64,000 nt of DNA from Amoebophrya sp. A120. Its lineage: Eukaryota; Protista; Dinoflagellata. The stretch spans positions 2,919,152 through 2,983,151 of the forward strand of contig CAJINV010000002.1 in NCBI GenBank assembly GCA_905178155.1. Reading direction: 5' to 3'. The notes below the pieces were generated by a model. It saw nothing but the letters and a program-made list of their open reading frames with translations, was not told where the DNA came from and ran no database searches. Both the position numbers and the translations under genes were made by a program. Positions 12,501 to 27,500 of this stretch are shown here, piece by piece (the stretch's first letter is position 1; each line of letters opens with the position of its first letter).

Positions 12501-15500
12501 CCCCTATCTAGGCTTGCGATCTGCGTGCAGTCCTCCACTGCAAGACACACCTGAGTGGTGTACACAAATCCAGCATCATAGATTTCCTTTTCGATATGGG
12601 GAGGGGGGATTTTTCCTTTTGATATGCAGAGAAAAGTGGCTTGGAGCGCAACTACCGGGAACAGTGTCTGCCCGTGTACCGGCTCCAAGACCTCGCGCTG
12701 CACCAGCAACTGCAGGACTTTTTGCGGAAGCACTACCCCCAGCTGCGGCGGTTCCGCGACCTCCGGGCCGAGCTGGCAGATCTGGTTTTTCAGTTATCCA
12801 ATGCAAATATGTCTGGGTCTGGAAACTTGTGATGCTACGCTGCAAATAGTGAATGCTCTGTAATGCACATCCAAGCATGAGAAATATTTGTGCGGCTTAT
12901 TATTGCGGTTTCTGCATGACAAACTGCGTTTTTGCATGACAAGCCAAATGGTCTCTTCTTGGACACGCATCAGAAACTTTTCAGTGATGCCAGACAAGCA
13001 TGCCAAACCTTGCATCCTTCCAGTGACCCAGACATATTTGCAATGCATATCAGTTGTCTGCGGATTATCGACGGGATAACATGTGGCTCGAGCGGCAGCG
13101 GCGGCACCTGATGATATGCATTGCAAAAGCATCTTACTGTTACTAGTAGTAGCAATTGCAATACAAATTCGCTCAGCATTACCAATGTAATTTGTCATGC
13201 TGATTTGCCTTGGAAACGAGTTTTGTAATGCATGACTGCGATTAATAGTACGAGTGCGATACTTTTGCACAGGATAGATGACGGGCGGCAACGATTTGCT
13301 GGGCGATTTTCTGGAGGCGGCGGGCACGTTTATGCACCAGGGCGAGGAGGGCGCAGAAGACGTGGTGGAGGCGTTGGACAAAACGGACTACTCTTCGTAT
13401 CCTGAGCAAAAACATCCCCACGGCCCCAGAGTCAAGATGGGGAATCTGCTAGACAAATCAACCACGTTTGGCTGTTGCGCATGACAATGCTGCCCTCGTA
13501 TTGTAGTCCTGTTTGTGTACGCTAGTTCAGCGGCATCACAGAGCTAGCACATCATGCCAATTCGGGCATCACAAATTCCAGAATACGACTAGACAATGCT
13601 TCTCAGCATGGGGATCCGCATGAGAAACATTTTTAAGAGTGCAGCTTTGCATGGCAAATCTGGTGGTCTCGGGACGTTTTTACACAGGATACTTCGGGGG
13701 GCTTGTTCACATGCGATATCGACGAGGAGCTCGAACTGGACCGGCTATGCATTGCAAATGTGTCTGGGTCTGGATTTGTTATGCAAGGCTTCAAGGACAA
13801 CAAAATCTGTGATGCATGAATACGATTGGCCATTTTTTTTGTCGTGCTGGAAGTTGCCAGCTTGTAATGCTAAACACGAATGAAGCCGCAAAAAGCCGGG
13901 TATAACTCGTCTTGTCATGCTGTTATGCCGTACAAGGAGCCAGTCTGCTATGCAAGTATCAGCAACACAAGTTTCCAGACCGAGACACATTATTTGAATT
14001 TGATACCGGCATTTGGTATACCATGGCGATTTTTTCTACAACTACGAGATCGCGGCCCAGAAGGGCGGGGTGGGCGAGGGCTTCAATCTGGCCATCACCC
14101 CATATCCTGAATAGAAACATCCTCACCCCATAGTCAAGATGGGAAATCTGCTGGACAAATCAACAAGCCGTGGGTGTTGCGCGTGACACGTTTGGCCTCG
14201 TATTGTAATACTGTTTAGGTAGTTCAGCAGCGTCACAGATCTAGCGCATCACGCTGATTGGAGCATCACAAGTTCCAAAACACGACTAAAGAAGGCGTCT
14301 GATGGGGCTCCGCATGGGAAATATTCTCATCATGCAGATTTGCATTACAACTTCTACAGAGTGGGGACGTTTTTACTCAGGATACCCCGGACGAAAAGGC
14401 CACGCTGCAAAAGCACATCTCCCAACCGGCACCCCACCCGCAGGTCTTCGCGCTGCTCTGTGTACCCAGTACGATCAGTAAGGCGGAGATTACGAAAACG
14501 GAACGCCTGGTCCGCGTTGGGGATAATGAACAAGATGAGCGCGATCATGCTACCAAAGCGAAAAGGGACGTCGCCAGGGATGAAGACGAAGAAGTTATAA
14601 AAAAGTCTAAGTCCTCCTCGCGAGAAGAGGAACATGACCCGCGTAACATTGTTGATCTTGCGAAAAACAAGAAGAAGAAGTCGCCACATGATCTTCACAA
14701 AGGAGAGGACGACCGCGGAAGTAGAAGTACTACTACTAGCCGCAAAAAAATGATAAATGAAATAAAAGCCAAGCCCCCAGACGTGATCCTGCGCCCTGCC
14801 GCGCCGACCGAGCTAGACCACCAGTCTGAGTTCTCCTTCTCTGCTACCGCGTTGCTCGGAGATAGGGGAGGAGGAAAATCGAAATCTTTACAACAGGAAC
14901 GTGCCGAGAGGACAGAGGAGGAAGAGAACATCGAGGAAACCGGGACTCGTGTTGGCTACACGCCCGCGCTGGCGGAGGCTACGCACCTGCTGTTCACGAG
15001 CCGGTCGGACGCGGCGCTGGAAATGCGGTATGACAAAAACGAAAGTCTGCAGTGGCGGGACGAAATCTTGGCCTACGGCCGCGCCAACGTGCTGCGCGCC
15101 GACCCGGTGCTCGAGGCGATTCCCATCCAAAAAACCTACTTCACCACGGTGGGCTTCAGCGAGGGGCTGGATCAGCGGGCGGAGAACTTGCGGAACGTGA
15201 CGTTGCAAAAGATTGTGGAGCGCACCGGAGACGACACGCAGCTGACGAACGATCCCTACCTGTTTTACTGTCCCGAGACGCTCGAGCTCTCCAAGACCGA
15301 GGAGGGAGTGCTGTACCTGATGCACTTTTTGCGGTCGGGCCGAACAGCTGTGGTCACTTCCGAAATGATGCAGCTGGCGAAGAACAGCACGACCAGTGGC
15401 AAAGAATCTTTTTCTACTGCGCAGCAGCGCGAGGCCGAAGCCATCGAAGGGCACTCGTCCTGGTGGGTCGGGCTTTATGCGGAACTCGCGCCGGCGGTGC

Positions 15501-18500
15501 AGGAAGAAGTGATGCGGGAGGCGCAGGACGAGCAGACGCGGCGGAGCCAGCGGCGGCTGATTCAGCACTGGCGCCACCCGTGTCTGGCCGACACGACCGC
15601 GCTGCCTTTCGACCTCAAGATGGGGGACCTCACTTTCATGCGCGAGAAGCTCGAGGGGCTATCAACTGCAAAAATGTCTGGGTCTGGAAGAATGCAAGTT
15701 TGTCATGCTTGTCTGGCATGACTCGAGAATCTGTGTTGCACAGGCACGAAAAGGCCCGCTTACCTGTTATGCAAAAACGCAGTTTTCCATGCGGAATACG
15801 TAAGACATGGCAGACAAAAAAATTGTCATGCGTAACTGCGTATTGCAGTGCGTCTATCATTCACTTTTAACATTACAAGTTTCCAGACCCAGACATATTT
15901 GCAATGCATAGGGGCTGCATCAGGACTATCATCTTGTGCGGTTTACGGAGGACTTGTTCCGCACCATCTCCAACCCTTTCCTGGGGTTTCGCGACGTGCA
16001 TGAGAAAATCCTGGAGCGCGCGGTGGCGCATATCCTGTGTAAAAACGTCCCCACCCCAGAGTTGTCATGCAAATCTGCATGGTCACAATGTTTGCCATGC
16101 GGAGCCCCATGAGAAGCATTCTCTGATCGTGTTTTGCAATTTGTAATGCGCCAATCAGCATCAAATACTAGATCTGTGATGCTGCTGAACTACCTCAAAC
16201 GGCACTACAATCCGAGTCCAAGTTTGTCATGCAAAACAGCCAAAACTTGTGGACTTGTCTAGCCGATTCCCCATCTTCATCTTGACTATGGGATGGTGAC
16301 GTTTTTGCATAGGATAGCGCACGAGCCTTCGTTTTGCACGACGAACCAGTACGAGCCGTCTGGGCGGGCACTGGGGCTGCTATCACAAGAAAAAAGAAGC
16401 GTTACACTTAGTGCACATTTGAATTTGTTGGGGTTTCTGCATCACAAAGAAGTTGCTCGCCATGGCAAAGAAAACCTGTGATGCGCAGCCTACCAGGGAA
16501 ACAAACACGAATGAAATGAGGCTGACAAGCATTTCCTGCATGACAGAGGTTGTCTGTCTTGCTTGTTTCGCAAGAACACAATGCGTAAAAACTGTAAGAC
16601 TCTTTTCTCAGGATAGCTGCGCAGCCCGGTGTACTACTATGCATTGCAAAAGTATCGTACTCGTATAAGTGCATTACAAATTGCCTCAGCATGAGAAATA
16701 GAATTTGTAATGCTGATGTACCTTAAGAAAAAGATTTGTAATGCATGATTGCAATACGAGTACGATGCTTTTGCAGTGGACAACTACTTCGGCGAGTTCA
16801 AACTTTGGGAGTCCGACACGCCTCTAGAAGACGAGGTATCAAAATCAAAATCCACCCACGACCCCACATCAAAACGAAGTCTGTGATGCTGGATTTGCGT
16901 ACACAAATCAGATCTGTCTTGCTGGAGAGGACTGCAGGCCCATAGTACCAAGCCTGAGTAGGTAGGTTTTAGACTAGGCTCTTAGCATGCGAAACGTCTG
17001 CGCTGTAGGACCAACAGCATCACAAACCGCCTGCATATTAATGCAGCGGCTGTCTGTGGAGTTGCCTTCCTGCAAGACAGAGATGATTTGTGGTCGCAAA
17101 TCAGCATTGCAAATTTTCTGCGACGTTGTACCTTTTCGATATGGGGAGGGGGGATAATTTTTCCTCACAATACGACGAGGTGGTGGCTTTGAAGGAGCAC
17201 CTGGCGGCCGACACGGCGGAAAACTTATGATACTGCACAACTCCCCCACTTCCCCGGCATTTGTATGGCATGTTGATGAGAATAAGCATCACAACCACCA
17301 ACACACATGGAGCCTGTGCATGACAGGTTCACTCGCTGAGGGTAAGTTAGTAGTACTGTTGCGGCTTCCGCTTCGGGAATTTGTAATGCAAACGGTGCCA
17401 CAGGTGGGCACCGACTGGATTTGGGGTCTTGCATTACAAATGAGAGAAAGCATGGGAAGATGAAGTGCATTGTCATAAAACACGGCCAAAGAACAGATGA
17501 GCCACGCCGTGCGGCCCAAGTATCGGCGATTCGGCGGGTGCTCCGACCCGTTGGGCAGTCGGGTGAAAGGTACCGGAAATTGTCCACTGCTCTTTGATAC
17601 AACTTTACCTCCGGGTACCTCCAGGCGGCCGCGGCCCAGGACTACGACTAGTCCAAATTTATCTCCAACAAGATCCGCGTCTCCTCGTCAGCGAGGAGGT
17701 CCTCGTCCTCCTGGTGGACGAGCTGCAGTACTAGACGAGCAGGAGTCGGGGACCACTTCTGACACCACGACCTCCGACATCACGAGGACCACCTCCGGCT
17801 TTTTGCAGAGCGAAGGACATCATGTTCATGAAGAAGACGAAGACCCTAAGTCTTCCTCTTCTTTCGTCCAAAAATCCCATGACGGCTCCGACTCCGATCC
17901 GGTTCCTGGTGACGGCAAGGGGTATTCCAGGTATTGGTCAGAAGTGGGGAAAAAAGAAGGCATGTTCATGCGTGATGGAACTACTAGACCTGATAATTCT
18001 ATGGATCTTTTCGATTCGCAAGCGGCGCGGCGCAAGGAGTATGATCCTGTGCAAAAGTATCGTACTCGTATTGCAATCATGCATTGCATATGTTTTTCTC
18101 AACTTAAATCCGCATATACAAGTTTTTATTTTATTTCTCATGCTGAGGGAATTTGTCATGCATTTATACGAGTACAACGATACTTTTGCAGTGCATAAGG
18201 AGGCAGCGGAGTTGATCTCCATTGGTGAAGCTTTGCAGGATGACCACAACGCAAAAAACGGGAAAAACACTCCGCCCTTGCGGGACTTGGCAAAACCGCC
18301 CCGGACGCTGGAAGACAGTCTGCTGGCGCTGCATATGAAATGCAAAAATGTCTGGGTCTGGAAAGTTGGAACTTGTGATGCTAACTTTGGACTGTAAAAA
18401 AAGCTGTATTGCATGACCAGCAAGAGGAGCCACATTTGTGCTACGCGAGGAGGGCATTTGTCATGCGGAAATGGCATCAGGAAGCTTTCCAAAGATCTGT

Positions 18501-21500
18501 GATGCTGGGTCATGCATTACAAGCATCATGGGTCATGCCAGACAAGCATGACAAGCCTTCCATTCTTCCAGACCCAGACATTTTTACATTTGATACTGCA
18601 GCCAGAGAATCGACTCCGGTTTCTGCACTACACTAGGCTGGAGGAAAAGATCAGGCAAGGAAACGAGGACTTCACGCAACACGGGATGCACCTGTTCACG
18701 ATCGAGACTTCGTATTGCGGAGAAAAATCCCTCCTCCCCACATTGAGAACGCATCCTTCTGAAGATTTGTGATGCAGATTTGTGACCACAAATCCCGTCT
18801 GTCTTGCAAGAGCGCAAATCTAGAGAGTCCGCCGCTCTCTACAGGCGATTTGTAATGCTGCCAGGCCTACAGGGCAGACGTCCGCCATGCTAAGGGCCCA
18901 CACCAGAAGACCCCTGCCCAGCCTTAGCATCTGCGCGCCGTGCTCTACTGCAAGACAGATCCGGTTTGTGTACACAAATCCCGCATCACAGATTTTCGTT
19001 TCGATATGGGGAGGGGGGATTTTGCCTTTTGATAATTCGGGCATCGTGACCAGCGAGACAGGCCGGGAAGGTCCTCTGGTAGGAAGTACTACAACTTCTG
19101 GTACAAAACTGGGTTTTCTGCACCAGCAGCCACTTTCCCCAGACGAAGATTCACGGTTAATTCGGCTTCACTTTCGGGAAAGCCGGAGTGCGCGGTCCGG
19201 CGACACCACCGGGTTCGTGACCAGTTCTTGGCGGAGTACTGCCAGCACCCCCGGCGCTACAGCTGCGACACAAGAAGAGGAAGACCTCGACTTTGCCAAC
19301 ATGCATGGCAGCATGAAGATCGTGGAGAAGCGCGTGCCGCACGTATCCTGTGTAAAAACGTCCCCACCCCAGAGTTGTCATGCTAATCTGCATGCTCAAA
19401 ATGTGTGTCATGCGGAGACACATGAGGAGCGTTTTTTGGTCGTGTTTTGGAGTTTGTAATGCGCTAATCAGCATGATATACTAGATCTGTGATGCTGCTG
19501 AAGTACCTCAAACAGCACTACACTGCGATTCCAAACTTGTCATGCGAAACAGCCAAAACTCGTGGACTTCTCTAGGCGATTCCCCATCTTGACCGTAGGG
19601 TGGGGACGTTTTTACATAGGATAGCACGTGGAGCTGCTTTATGAAGACCACGCCTCCCGCAATCGTGAGTTTGACAACCCGTTCCAGCAATGGGACGAGA
19701 AGAAGAGCGGGGAGAAGGAACAGCTGTACACGACACCCGGCGACTATGCAAGAAAGTCACTCTGTAAGTGTAACTCTGTAATGCAGACCATGCAACAGAG
19801 TTACACCTGTCATGCCAGACAACCATGAAGTCCTCTCTTCATGTGTGTTTTCCCTTACAAGCCACGCATGACAGGTTTATTTCTCTGTCATGTAGAGCAA
19901 ATTTGTGATGCTGTCAGCCAAGGAAAGTTACACTATTGACACAGTTTTTGTGTTGGATAGCGATGACGACACGGTTAAGGTTCGGGGGGAAAAAAGGAAG
20001 GAACGGCCTTACCGGCCCGTGATTGCGATGACCGTGCCCGGAGCAGCAGTTGAGGCGGTAAATGAAAAGGAAACGGCTGAAGATGCTGACTCTAGTACTA
20101 GTACCAACAAAAAGGCTAAGCCTTATGTTGTCCCGAATCTAGTGGAAACGACGTACGAAATCCGGTACGAGCAGTTCCGAGATCGGAAATTTCGTGGGGA
20201 CGATAAAAAACGGAGTAAAGTAGAGGATGAAGAAGCTTCTTCCCAGGATGTGTATCATATGAAAATTGAGGACGCAGACCAGGAGTACCTTGTAAGCCAA
20301 AACCCCGCGGACCTGGATGACACCGAGAAAGTGCTGATGGGCGGCAATGGGGTGAAGTTTGTCATTGACGACGCCGAGTGTGGCGAGTGCGTCATGCTCC
20401 GCCCGGCGCACTTCAGCGCACACTACGAGTACATGCGTTCGCCCATGTTTCACTCCCTGCTCATGCCAAAGGAGCTGCGGCTGGTCCAGAATCTGTTGGA
20501 AGAGATCCAGCTCTGTCGCGAGTACAAACTTATGAACTGCAGAAGTATCGTACTCGTATTAATGCGAGTCTACGTCTAGCATTACAGATCTGCTTATCCA
20601 GGAAAAAACACCCATCCCCATCCATTTTGCCTCTTTTTTATAGCAAAAAAATCACAAAAAAACAACAAAAAAATGAAAAAAACTGAAATCGTTTCTGCGT
20701 GATGGTTTCGAGTGCACCTACTTCACAACACTAGCTAGTGGCGTCCATGAGAAGCATCTTAACTAGAGGAATTTGACTTAGCCAGGTCTATCGCATTGGT
20801 CGGCCGACGTCGGAGTCGAGATCCCAAAAAAGGCAACTCGCTGCGAGCCGCCTTGCGGGCCTTCGTCGGGGGCGATTTGGCTCGCGAATCTTATCGCGGG
20901 GCTTTTGGGGAGGCGTTGAACCTGATGCGGGAAGAGGTTTTTGCGGGGCAGCGAAAATCAGACGAAATCAAGCGCGCAGCTGGACTGGACTCAACAAACG
21001 AGGCGCTAGCAAATTGCGTAGGTTTTTGAACTTAGCGCCAATGGTATGGCGCATTATTCTCCTCGCAACTTGTGACAATTTTGATACTTTGGAGCCTTCA
21101 CGCAGCAGATGCGCATACTTTATCATCCGAGCAAACGGCGCGCCAGGACGCACGACCTAGCTCATGCGATTAGGCGCTCCTCCTATCGCGCCTCCTCCTA
21201 CCGCGCCAAAACTTGTCTTGCTGCCCGGATGTCCCGAGCCTGGCTTTTTTTTGGATTTTTTTTTCCGACAAAAAAAGTCCGGCTTTTTGCAATTTCTTGT
21301 TTTTTCGTGGATGGGTGTTTTTGCCACGAGCTAACTACAAATACGGCACCACCCATCCACGATTTTTGGGGTCGAAACTTATTTCGCCCTTCTCCCGGTG
21401 CTACGTTCCAGATTTTCGCTGAAAAAATGAAGCAAAAGCGAGCACTTTTCTGAGCTGAATTCTCGGAGTCAGCCCGTGTTTAAAACACCCATCCACTTTT

Positions 21501-24500
21501 TTTGCTCGATGGCCCGAAAGTCATGGCTTTGTGGATGGGTGTTTTTACCGCGAGCTATCTGCTAAATCGCCGACCACCCATCCACTCACTTTGTTCTAGA
21601 AAAGCGCACCTTTTTGCTGAAAAAAAAGCAGTTCGCTCGTGTTTCAAACACCCATCCACTCATTTCCGAAACGGATTTTTTTTTTGGATTTTTTTTCTGA
21701 CAAAAAAAATCCAAGGTTTTGTCGTTTAGAATGGTGGCTCAACATCTGGCCAGGCAGGAGGGCTCCGACTCGGAGCCACGTGAGCCGCGAGAGAGGCAAG
21801 ACAGAGGCCTCCTGCCGCTGCTTTCCATGATTGCTCATTCATCTTGGTCATCTTCCCCCAACATACCCACACAGGCCCGTCGCTACATTCGCATGTGGCG
21901 ATGCGCTGGCACGGCGAAATGGCGACTGCACTTTGGGCAAAGAAGTACAGGCCTAGAGCGCTCCGAGCTCTGAAGCGGATCCGCAATAAGCCGCACGAGC
22001 AGCGGCTAAAGGTCGCGCAGCATGAGACTCCGGAGGGTGAAGCAGATTGCCTGGCGCTGGAGGAATCGGGCGCACGTTACGAGGACACCATCCCCGACGT
22101 GCTCGCGACGACAGCCGGCGCGGGCAGGATCTCCGACTCGTCAGCCGGTGCGGGCTCCTGCGATAGATCTAGCTAGTTGAATTCTTATCAGCTGCACTTA
22201 TCTAGGACGCCGCTTTAGCTAGGTGAATTTAGCGCGGATATATGCCGGCAGGCATGCGTAACAGACCTGAAAACTTTTTGAAAATTATACCTCATTTCTT
22301 GATCAAAAAAAAGGCAAAATGGATGGGGATGGGTGTTTTTTCCTGGATACTGCTTTCTTACCTGAAACTGCATGACAAATTTCATTTTTCTCCTAGGAAA
22401 AAATTGTCATGCAATTACTATCTATTATATTCATGCGAAAAAAGAGGTAGACAGAGGGTAAACAAGAGGTGGCCGAGAGGTCAAAAAGAGGTCAAAAGAG
22501 GTAAAAAAGAGGTCGAAAGAGGTGGAGAGGTTGCGGGGGACCCCATTCGAGAGGGCCGGCGAGAGGGTGCGCGAGTATAGCCCGCCGAAGCTCTCACCCT
22601 AAGGCGCCGCCTAAGTGCCTGAGAGGGCGCAGAGAGGTCAAAAAGAAGGGGCGCGAGAGGTCGACAGAGGTGGAGAGCGGTGGCGCGAATAAGGGGCGAC
22701 CTCTCGCGGACCCTCTTGGCCACCTCTCGGCCACCTCTGTCGACCTCTACCCGCGAGTATAGCCGGTTTATTAGCGGGGACCCCCAAAAGAGGTCAAAAA
22801 GAGGGTCTGCGGGAGGTCTGCGAGAGGGTAAAAGCACACCCAAGCGGGCGCGAATCCGCATGGCGCTCCCTATATTTGGCATTGCAGGCCATTTGCGGAC
22901 TTGTTTTGTTCGGCGCCTTTCCGCGCCACCCTCACTCTCGCGCACCCTCTCGCGCCACCCTCTCGCGCACCCTCTCGCGCCACCCTCTCGCGCAACCCTC
23001 TCGCGCCACCCTCCCGCGCCACCCTCTCGCGCTACCCTCTCGCGCTACCCTCTCGCGCCGGGCGGCTTCTGTTCGCTCGCCCCCCGGTGTTCTTTGCAGC
23101 TGCTCCCTGCGCAGAGCGCCCACAGGCGCGGGAAGCGCGCAAGTGGTCCTGCGAGTTGGCGCGGCGCGAGCTCCAGTATGTTTCGTTGTGCAGGACAGAC
23201 TCCAGTATGTTTCGTTGTGCACAGGCCCGTGGCGTTGTGGTCCGATCGGCAAACTGTCTTGCCCCGGCCCAACAGCCTTGCGCTCCGGCGGCAGCCGGAG
23301 CATGGCTGGTTCATACTAGTACGATACTTTTGCATTGCATAAACCTCCTAAAAGAGCAAAAATTCCTCTCCCCGAGCGAACACGAAACTTTTTTTGTCGA
23401 AGAGAAAAGTGGTTCTTCTACAAGAACGCCTTTCGGAGAAGATGAAGAAGAAGAAGAAGAAGACGAGCAGCCGTCTGAGCAGGACCACCTAAATGAGGTG
23501 GTCAGCAGGAACAGCAAGAACGGGGCAGCTCCTGGACCAAGAAGTAGCGCAGGAAGTACATCAGCCGACATGAAGATTTCTATTGCAGAAGAGGAACAAC
23601 TTCTGCAGCAAGATCAGCAGGCTGTTGAGGAGGTGAGAAAGGTGTACACGTATTGCGGAAAAAAGATCGACACGCAAATGACGACCGTGAGAGCGGAGCA
23701 AGACCTGGCGCTGATGGAAACGGGAAAAATCCCGGTCAACGCCCTGCCGAGGAATTCGGAGAGGGATTTTCTGGCTCTGAACAACAGGAACGGGGCGGAG
23801 GCGGACGGGGTAGCAGAGGAATATGAGCACGCCAATATCAAAATGAAAAATCTCCCCTCCCCATATCGAAAGGGAAATTTGTGATGCTGTATTTGCGTAC
23901 ACAAGTTGAGTTGTATTGCTAGAAAGCCAATAGACCACGCAGTTGCGGCCTCGCTTGCAGATAAAACTCTGTCACGCTTCCAGTTGCTTTCTGCCATGCT
24001 GAAGACGCAAGCTTTATTTCCAACGCCAGCCAGTACTACAGTCCGCATCTCTACTTCCCCTCTAGCATGACAAGGTGACTTGTGACTACAAAACACGCTA
24101 CAGAAATTTCCGCTTTTGTATGAGAAGGTGAAGGGGGGGTTTTTCACTTGGATAGCTAACGACCCCCAACGCAGCTTCGGTGCGGCGCCCTTGGGATACC
24201 GAGTGAATTACTTGGACAGTTTAACAACAAGTACTAAAACATCATCGGTGGAAAGAACCAGTAGCAGCATGTCAAATTCAAAAACAAAAACCCAAGATGA
24301 TCTTCCCCAGGAGGAGGTTTCTCAACAGTCGAAGATGGTACAGTTGCTCCCCTCGCAGACCTATGAATTGCAAAAGTATCGTACTAAGAAGTAAAAATTG
24401 CAATACTAATACAAACTAGCTCATCACAACACATGGAAGTTGTGATGCTGATTTAGCTTGGAAAAGACACTTGTCATGCATATCTGCAAGTCGTCCGTGC

Positions 24501-27500
24501 GATAGTACTTTTGCAATGCATAAGACTGCACTGGACGAGTGTGTCTACTCTGCTTACTACCTAAAGCTCGCCGACGACATGCGGCGCAACACCAGGTTTC
24601 GGCGGTACCCGCTGTTCCCGGGGAAGGTAAATTTGTTGACGACCGTGAAATATCCTCTGCAAAAGTATCGTACTCGTAGTGAAAATCGCAGTCATGCATC
24701 ACAAATCTTTTTCTTGAGGCAAATCCGCATTACAAATTCTATTTCTATATGCGGAGGAGATTTGTAATGCAATTTATACCACTAGTGCGATGCTTTTGCA
24801 GTTCATATGAAAGCGTACGTGGACCTCGAAGCTGCGAGCTTCCTGTTTTCAAAACACCAGTACCACGCTGATGCAGATTTACAGGAACGAGGATATAATT
24901 ACAACAACAAGGAAACACTCTTGAACGACCACATGACCCACAGCAGCCTCCACGGCAACGGCACGCACGCGCACGGTATTTTCGCTTCGTATCCCTACAA
25001 TGAGGAGTACGGCTTTGACGCAGCTTCTTACCAAGGGATCGTGAAGCGGGTCAGAGAGTATAGTAGGAAGAGAACATCAATAAAGAGCAGCACAAGCACT
25101 TCTTCTTCCATACAAGAATCTTTATCTCTCAGTGTCACCGACCGCCTCAGCGTCGGGATGTTTCTTTTTTTGGTAGAAAAGCGCATCGCGGAACACGAGT
25201 GGTGGGTTCTCTTACCCCCATGGGCGCGAGAAGTAGAGCGAGAGCCGGTGGATAATCAAGTCCGCGCGGCCGGGGAGCGCGACGGAGAAAGGCAAGAAGG
25301 AGAAGAAGTGCCAACGGTACTAGAAGATCAAGATGCGGGCGAGGGAAATAAAGCGGACACCGATCGGACGGCAGGACAAGAAGATGGAGTTGATACAGTC
25401 AGTGGCTCATCTAAAAGTTCGAGTACTTCTACTTCCGCTGCAAGAACTCCAAGTGGTGCTAGAAGTGACGACTCTTCTCTTCTGGACCTGAGAAGAGCAA
25501 GAGAAGCAATATCGGAGAACTCGGACGCTGATAATTTAGAAGATACTCGGCCTAGTAGAAGTAGGACAACCTCCCAAGAACATGAAGTGTCGGCCTACGA
25601 CAGCACCACACAGGATAAAGATAAAAATCCGTTCCAGCTGGACGCTATAACTTTAAGCCTTGCGAAGTCGTTCTGCCGCATCCGGGGCTCCATCATAGAC
25701 CACGATCGGACGAACGCGCAGTCGCGCCGCGCGCTGTGGCACAGGTACAACTTAGGGAGGCACACAATAGAACTCCGGTACCATCGGAATTACGATAGCA
25801 ATCGGAAAATTGCCGCCCGAATTCCGATAGCAAGCGCAAAACGCACATATTGAAACGGCGCGCGCAACTTGTTTTGGAGCGTTGCCGGCGCCTGGTAGCG
25901 CTCCTGGCGCCGTGTGGAATGCATGCAGCGATGGCGCAACTTGGTGCCCGAGGAGCGCCAGCGTGCGTCTGTCTTCCCGCAGTCAACGGCGGCGAGGAGT
26001 GTGGAAAAGGTCCGCGGTCCGATTTAGGGCCGGCCGCCTTTTGCGCTGTGTAATGTTGGCTCCCCCGGATCGCCTGATCGTTCTTTGGGGGCGCCGGCGA
26101 TCAAGCTATAATAGATGAGGCGCGAACGTGGGCGCCCTGCTTTTTTTCTAGCTGCAGGGGCCGTCTTTGGCAGATACTTTCTCTGTGCGCTCTATGGGTT
26201 TGCTCCCTCTCGGAAGGGGGCCCCGCGCGACCCACATGGCATTGCCGGGCCTGGGGCGTGGTAAGTATTTTACCGCAGCCGGGACTAGTGCCGAACGCAC
26301 GCGGGCCCCCCTCTGCCGGCGGGGGGCAGGAAGTGTGTGTTCTGTCCGGGGCAGCCGTCTAGCTGCCGCGCTGTGTTTTCTGTTTCTTGGCTCCCGCCGA
26401 GAAAAGGATGCGTGCCGGCGCATAAGAGAACCAATGGCATTGGGTACGCGCCCCACCTTGTCGCTTGTCGGCAGGCGCCCGGCTCCTTTGCTTCGCCTCT
26501 TTCTTCGACGCTTGCCACTGCGAGCACGCGCTGGCCGGGCGGCTTTTCTCGTCAACTTCCGCCGGCAATAGCTTATGATTGGCCAGCTGTGGCCCTGTGC
26601 CGCGGAGTTTTCTTCCATTTCCTGTTCTGTTTCTGTCGCGCGGGCGCCGTCAACGCGCAGCAGCCCGGGCCCAGCGTCCCGATTTAATCGGCGAAACAGG
26701 ATGGGCCAAAGCGCCCTCCCGGCCGATTCTATCGTCGAAACAGGTCGCGCGGAGGTGTTTCGACGTCGAAACACCTTCGCCCGAGCTGTTTCGCCGCTAG
26801 AATCGGGAACTCCGGCCTGGTTGGCTCTCGTCTGCGCAGCCTTTTTTTTCGTGGCCGGCCCCCGTTCCAGAGGTTTTTCCCAGGTGGGCGATAGCTCTGC
26901 ATGGGAGGTTGGGCCGCACCTTTCTTGGCCCTGCGAGCGAGACAGACGCGCACTGCCGCTGTGCGACAACGTGTGCGCCTGCCCAGTTCATATTATTTTT
27001 GAGTCATGGTTGGCGCAGAGCCCGTGGGGCTCACGGCCACCGAGACCACCACGCGTTTCTTGGTAGGCGGGGGTGAATGGAAGGCCAGCAACCTCGGGCG
27101 CGCGGGGACTGCTCGGGCCAATTTTCGTCCTTTTGCTGTTACTTGTTGCTTGGCGTGGGTCTAGCGCTAGCGACTGTGGCCTGACCCAGGCCCTCCTCCC
27201 CAAGAATCGACGCGCAGCGTGTGTGTTGGGCCGGGCCGCCGGAGCTCGGCAGTGGCGCATTGGATGCGCATTGCGCTGCGGAGGTGACCTAGCCCGGTGC
27301 AGTGCCGGCCGTCTAACTTTGTCAGTGTGCTTAGTCGTATTAGGGAGCCGTGGCCCAGCGCGAAGCCTGCAGCCAGCTGCCGCCCTGTTGTCGCACGCGC
27401 TCGGCGAGTCGGTATTGACAAGGCGCCCGGCCGCGCTATGGAGCGCGGCTGCATGCTCCGTTTGCGTTTGGTATGCGGAGATAGATATGTGTGCGCTTGT

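Larger units (their letters stand above)
20531..23341. mobile_element. Composite 2.8-kb intron: introner B split by two nested elements
   Basis: B 5' end at 20531, B middle at 22350-22420, B 3' end at 23320-23341; DR aaact/aacct; flanks in frame. Confidence 0.85.

Noticed and set aside
14888-15870. Antisense and alternative-frame ORFs over the long exon
   Set aside because: Shadow ORFs of GC-rich coding sequence.
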